Assembly: GCA_038833255.1 (NCBI GenBank)
Contig: JAWBIX010000008.1
Coordinates: forward strand, 1 to 13,298
DNA length: 13,298 bases
Source: Nanopusillaceae archaeon
GTDB taxonomy: Archaea; Nanobdellota; Nanobdellia; Nanobdellales; Nanobdellaceae
Reading direction: 5' to 3'
The notes beneath the pieces are model-generated. The model had not been told where the DNA came from and made no database searches. It saw only the letters and a list, made by a program, of their open reading frames with translations. Every line of letters starts with the position of its first letter. Within the stretch, counting starts at the first letter, position 1. Shown in pieces: positions 1 to 5,834 of this stretch. A program made the translations under genes and the position numbers.

Positions 1-566
1 ATAGCTTTTTTTACATCTTCTCCATTTGAGATTCCAGCACCAACTAAAATCTTTACTTTATTATTTATTTCTCTTATACTTTTAACAGAATTTATAATAA
101 TCTCTGGCTTAGCCTTAGATACAGAAATACCGGTTCCAATCAATTCAGGAGGCTCTATTGCAATATAATCTGGATCTAAATATGCAATAGTTCTAGCTAA
201 TTTATCATTTGTTACACATACAACAGATATCAATCCCAAATTTTTGCATATTTCAATTAATTCTCCAATCTCTACTAAAGTCAACTGTCTTTCCGAATGA
301 TTTATTAATGTTCCCACAGCACCCGAATCTTTTACAGCTTCAGGTAAAATATGTCCTGTATATGCTCCTCCCTTTATTGGATCAATATGTTGAGCAAAGA
401 TTTTTACTCTTTTAGAATTTTCACTTAACAATCTAATATCTGTTGGTTGTGGAGCTATTGCAATTTCAACATTATATTCTTCAGCAACTTTTTCTGCAGC
501 TTCTAAAACTTTTAAAGCGCCTTTACCAATTGTTTCTTTATAAGCTTTTAGATTTATTATTAGCAT
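1..566 (-). CDS. tpiA: Triosephosphate isomerase, archaeal short type; the C-terminus runs off the left edge of the window
   Basis: Absent from the ORF track because the frame leaves the window. My reverse-strand translation from ATG (566..564) reads MLIINLKAYKETIGKGALKVLEAAEKVAEEYNVEIAIAPQPTDIRLL..KIFAQHIDPIKGGAYTGHILPEAVKDSGAVGTLINHSERQL..LDPDYIAIEPPELIGTGISVSKAKPE..KILVGAGISNGEDVKKA. The blocks FAQHIDP, GH(I/V)LPEAVK, LxNHSE, AxEPPELIGTG and GAGI are the conserved archaeal TIM blocks (e.g. Pyrococcus TIM). Confidence 0.9.
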   Translation of the reverse strand, partial: MLIINLKAYKETIGKGALKVLEAAEKVAEEYNVEIAIAPQPTDIRLLSENSKRVKIFAQHIDPIKGGAYTGHILPEAVKDSGAVGTLINHSERQLTLVEIGELIEICKNLGLISVVCVTNDKLARTIAYLDPDYIAIEPPELIGTGISVSKAKPEIIINSVKSIREINNKVKILVGAGISNGEDVKKA

Positions 567-607
567 AAAAAGAATATATAACTTATTGAATAATTTAAAT
601 ATTTATA

Positions 608-3196
608 ATGTGGCATTATTTAGATTTAAATGAAATTTTTGAAAAACTCAATACCAAAATTGATGGTCTTTCTGATGAAGAAGCAAATGAAAGATTAAAA
701 AAATACGGATACAATGAAATAATATTAAAAAAAGAAAATATCATAATAAAAGTATTAAAAGAAAAATCAAAAAGTGCTTTTTTCTGGTTGTTTATCTCTG
801 CTTTTTTATTAACATTATTCTTAAAGTCTGTTTTAGAAGCTTTTTTGATTTTATTTATGTTATTTATATATATAATTTTTGATATAATAAACACTTATCA
901 GGCAGAAAATATTATAGAAAAGCTCAAAAAAATGATAAAACAAGAAGTTAAGGTAATTAGAAATGGAAAAGAAAAATTGATTGATTCAAAATATTTAGTT
1001 CCTGGAGATATTGTAATTTTAAAAGCAGGAGATAAAGTTCCAGCAGACATAAGATTAATAGAAACTATAGATCTTGAAGTTGATGAAAGTAGTTTAACAG
1101 GAGAGAACTTTCCAGTAAAAAAAGAAGCAGAAAAATTACTACCAGATACACCAATTTATGAAATGAAAAACATGCTATTCTTTGGAACATACATTACTAA
1201 AGGATATGGAAAAGGAGTTGTAGTTTCTACAGGAAAAAACACATATTTAGGATCTTTATATTCAAAAATATATGAAGAAAAGGAAAGAAAGACAATTTTG
1301 GAGGAAGAAATTGATAGATTTGCTAAATTTATTTCAAAAATAATTTTAATTTTAATAATTATAATATTTTTAGTAGTTATATTGACAGGATATTTTAAAC
1401 TCGAAGATGCAATTCTTTTTGCAATAGCGGTAGGGATAGCGGTAATACCTGAAGGTTTACCAACAGCTTTAACAATTATATATACTCATGGTGTTGATTC
1501 AATGAAAAATAAGGGATTTTTAGTTAAAAAACAAAGCCTAATAGAAAGTCTTGGATCTGTAGATGTTATTCTTACTGATAAAACAGGAACTTTAACATAT
1601 AATAAACATACAGTTAGAAAGTTTTGGTTTGATGACAAAATTTATTATGTTACAGGATCTGGTTATACTTCTGATGGAGAGATTTTACTTAATAATAAAA
1701 AAGCAAATTTAGAAGAGTTAAAAATATTCTTAGAAGCAATTTTAAATTCAGTAAATACTTCTATATATTTTGAAAATAATGAAGCTAAAATTGTTGGAGA
1801 TCCTCTAGAAGCAGCTTTAATATTTTTGGCGAAAAAAGCAAAATATGAAATAACTTATGAAAAAATTAAAATATTTGAGTTTGATTCTAATAGAAAAAGA
1901 ATGTCTATTATAGTTAAAAAAAATAATAAATATGTAGCATATATCAAAGGAGCTCCAGAATCTATTCTTAAGATAAGTAATAAAGTTTATATAGAGGGAG
2001 AATGCAGAAATATAGAAGAGTATAAAGAAAAAATTTTGTCAATTATTGAAGAATTTACTAAAGAGGGATATAGAGTTTTAGCAATAGGTTATAAAAACTT
2101 AGAAAGTTTAGATGAAGAACCAGAGAAGGATATTATCTTTTTAGGAATTATAGCTATAGAGGACCCTATAAGGGAAGATGCTATAAGTGCTATAAAATTT
2201 GCAAAAGATGCAGGTATTGATGTAATTTTAATAACTGGAGATCATCCTTTAACAGCAACTTTTGTTGGAAATAAAATTGGATTAGGTAATAAATACATAA
2301 CAAGTTCTGAAATAAAGAGAATGAATGATGAAGAAATTTTTGAGAAATTAAAAGATATAAAAATAATTGCAAGAGCAGATCCAGAAGATAAATATCGTAT
2401 TGTAAAAATATTTAAAAATAAAGGACTTAGAGTAGCTTTTATAGGTGATGGAATGAACGATTCATTATCTATAAAAATATCTGATATAGGAATTTCTCTA
2501 AATAGCGCTTTTGATATTACTAAGGAAGCGGCAGGTGCTATTTTATTAAATGATAGCTTTTCTTCAGTTATAGAAGCAATTAAGGAAGGAAGAAAAATAC
2601 ACTTTTCATTAAAGGTCTTTTTAATAATTATTATGTCTTTAACTATAGGAATGTTTTTACATATTTTAATTTCATTTTTTACTTTTTCTAAAATATTTTT
2701 AGATGTTATAGCTATATTGGTTCTAAATTTAGCCATAGAAACAATATATTCTATTGCAATTGTTGGAGGAGATATGGAAGAAAAAGATCTTAAAAAAGGC
2801 CCAGCAAAAAGAATGATAGATAGAGAAGTCATTTGGAATATTTTAAGAAGTAGCGTATTTTTAGGTATTTTAGCTTCAGCTGTTGCTTACGGTACCAGAG
2901 GAAACATCTTTTCTATATTATTATTCTTTGTTCTTTCAAGGTCAGTACTTTTAATTTTTTATCAGCAAAAATATAAAATAAACTTCTTAAAAAGAAAAAA
3001 CTTTTACATAGCTTTCATATTTTCAATTATATTCATATCTTTGTTTATAACTCCGCATTTTATAAAAATCACTAATTGGACGATTCCAACAATAAATGAT
3101 ATAGTTTTAACATTTATAATTGTACTTTTATTTTTGGTTATAAAATTAATTCTTCTTATAATTGAAGTTCAGCCGGTACCTGAACTACATCACTAA
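608..3196 (+). CDS. P-type cation-transporting ATPase, P2-like (PEGLP class), 10 predicted TM helices
   Basis: 862-aa ORF. It has an N-terminal cation-ATPase-N-like segment (GLSDEEANERLKKYGYNEI). The A-domain motif is LTGENFPV (TGES variant). TM4 carries IPEGLP. The phosphorylation site is DKTGTLT. Also present are KGAPE, DPIRED, ITGDHPLTA (TGD) and GDGMNDS (GDGxND). Six hydrophobic segments follow the P domain. Confidence 0.9.
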   Translation: MWHYLDLNEIFEKLNTKIDGLSDEEANERLKKYGYNEIILKKENIIIKVLKEKSKSAFFWLFISAFLLTLFLKSVLEAFLILFMLFIYIIFDIINTYQAENIIEKLKKMIKQEVKVIRNGKEKLIDSKYLVPGDIVILKAGDKVPADIRLIETIDLEVDESSLTGENFPVKKEAEKLLPDTPIYEMKNMLFFGTYITKGYGKGVVVSTGKNTYLGSLYSKIYEEKERKTILEEEIDRFAKFISKIILILIIIIFLVVILTGYFKLEDAILFAIAVGIAVIPEGLPTALTIIYTHGVDSMKNKGFLVKKQSLIESLGSVDVILTDKTGTLTYNKHTVRKFWFDDKIYYVTGSGYTSDGEILLNNKKANLEELKIFLEAILNSVNTSIYFENNEAKIVGDPLEAALIFLAKKAKYEITYEKIKIFEFDSNRKRMSIIVKKNNKYVAYIKGAPESILKISNKVYIEGECRNIEEYKEKILSIIEEFTKEGYRVLAIGYKNLESLDEEPEKDIIFLGIIAIEDPIREDAISAIKFAKDAGIDVILITGDHPLTATFVGNKIGLGNKYITSSEIKRMNDEEIFEKLKDIKIIARADPEDKYRIVKIFKNKGLRVAFIGDGMNDSLSIKISDIGISLNSAFDITKEAAGAILLNDSFSSVIEAIKEGRKIHFSLKVFLIIIMSLTIGMFLHILISFFTFSKIFLDVIAILVLNLAIETIYSIAIVGGDMEEKDLKKGPAKRMIDREVIWNILRSSVFLGILASAVAYGTRGNIFSILLFFVLSRSVLLIFYQQKYKINFLKRKNFYIAFIFSIIFISLFITPHFIKITNWTIPTINDIVLTFIIVLLFLVIKLILLIIEVQPVPELHH

Positions 3197-3220
3197 TCAG
3201 CTAACTCTGACCTTCATCAT
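3169..3220 (-). ncRNA. Candidate C/D-box sRNA (2'-O-methylation guide), antisense to the ATPase 3' end
   Basis: Reverse strand reads AUGAUGA (C, 3220..3214), a 13-nt spacer AGGUCAGAGUUAG, CUGA (D', 3200..3197), UUA, GUGAUGU (C', 3193..3187), a 14-nt spacer AGUUCAGGUACCGG, then CUGA (D, 3172..3169). The core is 52 nt. It lies in a local GC-rich island within AT-rich DNA. Caveats: spacers are 13/14 nt rather than the modal 12, no clear terminal stem is visible, and the targets are unverified. Confidence 0.45.
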
Positions 3221-3253
3221 AATTTTTAATTTATTATTAAATCTTAAATTATT

Positions 3254-4363
3254 ATGATAAAAAAATATTCATTTATATTTCCAGTGTACAAAGAAGGAAA
3301 TATAATTGAAAATATTTTAAAAATACTTGAAGATCCTTATCCTTCAGAACTCAAAGAAATAATAATTTCTGTAGATTGCCCTACTGAAGAATTTTTAAAT
3401 AAATTAAGAAATTTTATGCATTTAGAAAATGTAAAAATAATAATTTCCTCTGAAAGACGTGGAAAAGTAGCATCCGTAAACGATGCAGTAACATATGCAA
3501 CAGGAGATATTTTTATTTTCCTAGATTCTGATGTTGAAATAGAAAATATTAATTTAAATGAATTATTAAAAGATTTTGAAGAAGCAGACATAGTAGAGTT
3601 TTATAAAAGGGTTGAAGGTAAAAGAATACTTGGTAAGTTGTATGAAATAGAGTTTAACGTTTATTATGAAATAATACAACCATACTTTTCAAAAAAAAGA
3701 AAAAACATATTTCTAAATGGTAGTGGTTTTGGAATAAAAAGGAATGTTTGGGAGACACTAGGAGGATATACTAAAACAATAATAGAAGATGCTGATTTAG
3801 CAACTAGAGCATATAGCATGAATTATTCTTATAAATTAACAAAAAATATTAGCTTAAAAGTAGAATCTATTGATAGTTTTAAAAAATGGCTTGATCAGAA
3901 AAAGAGATGGTTATCAGGAGGATTAGAATGGTTTTTAATACATGTAAGAACAATTATTAATTTTATATCTAAAGATCCGGCTTTTATAGGGATCTTATTA
4001 TTGTTAAATCCATCAATTATATATTTTTTATTTACCTTAATTACCCCTTACTTTTTAATCTATTCTATTTCAAAATCAATATATACTAGTTTAGTAAATA
4101 GAATATCTTTTTTTTATTTATTTGTACTTTCTATAGAAACAATACATAAATTTATCTATTACTTTATTTATATAATAAGCATGTTTGCATTTATTTCTTT
4201 TTTACTTTTCTTAGCGTTTTTATATAAAAGAAAGTTAGGAAACCCGTTATACATTATGTTATTCGTAATATTTTATTCTAGCATACAATCAATACTACTA
4301 ATATATATTACTTTGTATTATTTGCTATTTGAAGGCTATCCCAAATTTAACTGGAAAGTATGA
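3254..4363 (+). CDS. Family 2 glycosyltransferase, membrane-embedded CesA/NodC-like type (D,D,D35QxxRW signature)
   Basis: 369-aa ORF. The N-terminal GT-A domain begins FIFPVYKEG. Motifs are ISVDCP (first D), FLDSDVE (DxD), IIEDADLATR (ED), and QKKRW at aa 215-219 (3896..3910), about 36 residues after the ED aspartate. The C-terminal ~140 aa form several hydrophobic helices. Confidence 0.85.
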   Translation: MIKKYSFIFPVYKEGNIIENILKILEDPYPSELKEIIISVDCPTEEFLNKLRNFMHLENVKIIISSERRGKVASVNDAVTYATGDIFIFLDSDVEIENINLNELLKDFEEADIVEFYKRVEGKRILGKLYEIEFNVYYEIIQPYFSKKRKNIFLNGSGFGIKRNVWETLGGYTKTIIEDADLATRAYSMNYSYKLTKNISLKVESIDSFKKWLDQKKRWLSGGLEWFLIHVRTIINFISKDPAFIGILLLLNPSIIYFLFTLITPYFLIYSISKSIYTSLVNRISFFYLFVLSIETIHKFIYYFIYIISMFAFISFLLFLAFLYKRKLGNPLYIMLFVIFYSSIQSILLIYITLYYLLFEGYPKFNWKV

Positions 4364-5349
4364 AAATTTGCTTTTTAGGAACATCTGGAACCTTCCCAAC
4401 AGAAAAAAGATCACACCCAGCAATATATTTAGAATATAAAGGAATAGGAATGCTATTTGATTGTGGAGAAGGAACACAAAGACAAATGAGAATAGCAAAA
4501 ATAAAACCAACAAAAATAAAATACATATTTATAACTCACTGGCATGGAGATCATATTTTAGGATTACCTGGATTGATTTTTAGTATGATAAATATGCAAA
4601 ACAAAAATGAGCTTGCAATTTATGTTCCTAAGGGGTATAAAGAAAATTTAGAAAAAATATTTGAGGGATTTGAAATAAATCCGACTTTTGAAATTAAAAT
4701 TAAAGAAATTTCTGAAGGGAAAATCTTAGATACTCAAGAATTTGAAATATACTCAAAAAAAGTTAAGCACACGATAGATACATACTCCTTTAGTTTTAAA
4801 CAAAAAGATTATATTAAAATAGATGAAAATAAAGCTAAAGAACTTGGAATATTTGATAAAAAAAATATTTTAAAAAAAATTAAAAAAGGAGAAATAGTTA
4901 TGTTTAATAATGAGATAATTTCATATGAGAAAGTTGGTTATATAAAAAAAGGTTTGAAAATTACTTATATAACAGATACTTTATTTTTTGAAGATCTAAT
5001 AAATTTTTCTAAAGAATCTGATATTTTAATTACAGAATCTTATTATTTTTTTGAACCAAATCTTGCAAAAGAACATTATCATTTAGATTTTTATGATGTA
5101 AAATATCTGTTTGAAAAAAGCAATAGTAAATTATTATTAGTTATGCATTTTAGTCAAAGATATGAAAAAGAAATAGAATTATTGAAGCAAAAAATAGAAT
5201 CTGAAAATAAAAATATCTTTTTTTTGGAAGATTTAAGCTATGTTGAATATTATAAAAATATTTTAAAGATAAATATAGGTAAGAAAAAAGTTGAATTTAT
5301 TAGAGATGAAAAAACTGGAGAAATAAAATTATTGTCTAGCCAATTTTAG
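4360..5349 (+). CDS. rnz: Ribonuclease Z (tRNA 3' endonuclease, metallo-beta-lactamase fold)
   Basis: 329-aa ORF. The N-terminus reads MKICFLGTSGTFPTEKRSHPAIYLEY..LFDCGEGTQRQM. The HxHxDH motif appears as THWHGDH. Later blocks are VKHTIDTYSF, ITYITDT, AKEHYH and MHFSQRY (HxSxRY). The start ATG overlaps the GT2 stop (ATGA, 4360..4363). Confidence 0.85.
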   Translation: MKICFLGTSGTFPTEKRSHPAIYLEYKGIGMLFDCGEGTQRQMRIAKIKPTKIKYIFITHWHGDHILGLPGLIFSMINMQNKNELAIYVPKGYKENLEKIFEGFEINPTFEIKIKEISEGKILDTQEFEIYSKKVKHTIDTYSFSFKQKDYIKIDENKAKELGIFDKKNILKKIKKGEIVMFNNEIISYEKVGYIKKGLKITYITDTLFFEDLINFSKESDILITESYYFFEPNLAKEHYHLDFYDVKYLFEKSNSKLLLVMHFSQRYEKEIELLKQKIESENKNIFFLEDLSYVEYYKNILKINIGKKKVEFIRDEKTGEIKLLSSQF

Positions 5350-5718
5350 TAATTCCTCTTGTATTCTTCTTAGTTCTTCTTCTATTTTACTTAATTCTTC
5401 TTTAATATAATCTCTTTTTTGATCTTCTACAATTTCTGTGTTGGATTTTTTCTTAGATTTTTTACTTTTTTCTTTTTTTTCTTCTTCTAGTTTTTCTATT
5501 TCTTCTTTTGGAGGCAAAAGAGAAACTATATTATCAATTATTTCTGTTGCTTCTCCTATTTTAACTAATATCTTGTTTAATTCTTCTTCTTCTTTTTCTT
5601 TTCTAGTAATATCTTCGATAATAGAATGCAAATCTAAATATATATTTTTCTTTACTTCCAATATTTCTCTTTTTATTTTTGGGTAATTTTTTATTTTTAC
5701 ATATAAAGTATTCATCAT
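5329..5718 (-). CDS. Hypothetical K/E-rich coiled-coil protein (129 aa); its N-terminal domain resembles the C-terminal domain of the 148-aa neighbour
   Basis: Open frame with heptad-like amphipathic sequence (LYVKIKNYPKIKREILEVKKNI..., EELSKIEEELRRIQEELLKLARQ) and a lysine-rich linker KKEKSKKSKKKS. The antisense frame gives only S/F-rich low-complexity sequence. The start ATGATG lies 12 nt downstream of the tRNA-Gly 3' end. The 3' end overlaps rnz by 21 nt (convergent). I recognised no family. Confidence 0.6.
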   Translation of the reverse strand: MMNTLYVKIKNYPKIKREILEVKKNIYLDLHSIIEDITRKEKEEEELNKILVKIGEATEIIDNIVSLLPPKEEIEKLEEEKKEKSKKSKKKSNTEIVEDQKRDYIKEELSKIEEELRRIQEELLKLARQ

Positions 5719-5730
5719 TTTATTTTTAGT

Positions 5731-5801
5731 TGCGCCGGCCGGGATTTGAACCCGGGTCTCGGGCTAGGCAGGCCCGCATCCTCCCACTAGACTACCGGCG
5801 C
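5731..5801 (-). tRNA. tRNA-Gly (anticodon GCC), no intron, no encoded CCA
   Basis: The reverse complement folds as GCGCCGG-UA-GUCU-AGUGGGA-GGAU-G-CGGGC-CUGCCUA-GCCCG-AGAC-CCGGG-UUCAAAU-CCCGG-CCGGCGC-A. The anticodon GCC is at 5769..5767. I counted 50 of 71 nt as G+C, against an AT-rich background. Position 37 is U (5766), which is unusual. Confidence 0.9.
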
Positions 5802-5819
5802 TATTATTTTTTATTTATA

Positions 5820-5833
5820 TTATATTTTTTAAG
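5820..5833 (-). promoter_or_regulatory. Putative TATA/BRE region for tRNA-Gly
   Basis: The reverse strand upstream of tRNA position 1 reads GCTTAAAAAATATAATATAAATAAAAAATAAT, with AAAATATA centred about -25. This is the only non-coding DNA (33 bp) between the 148-aa ORF stop and the tRNA. Specificity is weak in AT-rich DNA. Confidence 0.3.
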
Positions 5834-5834
5834 C

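Noticed and set aside
209-415. Other short ORFs from the track: 209..415 (+), 616..894 (-), 3337..3591 (-), 4325..4513 (-) and 9487..9678 (-).
   Set aside because: Each lies entirely inside, and antisense to, a confidently identified gene (tpiA, the ATPase, the GT2, the GT2/rnz junction and rps3ae). None shows a recognisable motif.
2242-2832. A 196-aa ORF on the minus strand inside the P-type ATPase gene. A 60-aa ORF at 2190..2372 lies there as well.
   Set aside because: It is fully antisense to a region carrying unmistakable ATPase motifs (TGD, GDGMND). Its translation is low-complexity I/S/F/K-rich with no motif. Long antisense shadow ORFs are expected in AT-rich DNA, where stop codons are depleted opposite A/T-rich codons.
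3166-3186. A 7-bp hairpin (AGTTCAG-ccggtac-CTGAACT), considered as an intrinsic terminator of the ATPase gene.
   Set aside because: It lies upstream of the stop codon (3194..3196) and is not directly followed by a T-run; the nearest T5 is at 3223..3227. Archaeal termination does not need a hairpin. I keep it as a caveat and alternative reading under the C/D-box finding rather than as a separate feature.
5438-5686. Plus-strand ORFs (5438..5686 and 6061..6285) opposite the two coiled-coil genes.
   Set aside because: Their translations are S/F/L homopolymer-like (FFSSSSFSISSF...), as expected from reading GAA/AAG/AAA-rich codons backwards. The minus-strand frames have heptad periodicity, sensible starts, and a TATA-like box at the right spacing.
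5712-5718. ATGATGA on the minus strand just downstream of tRNA-Gly, which looks like a C box.
   Set aside because: No CUGA (D') lies 10-14 nt downstream, and there are no C' or D elements. The sequence is simply the tandem Met codons that open the 129-aa ORF. Other TGATGA occurrences (for example near 674, 1081, 2334 and 7131) likewise lack correctly spaced D boxes.
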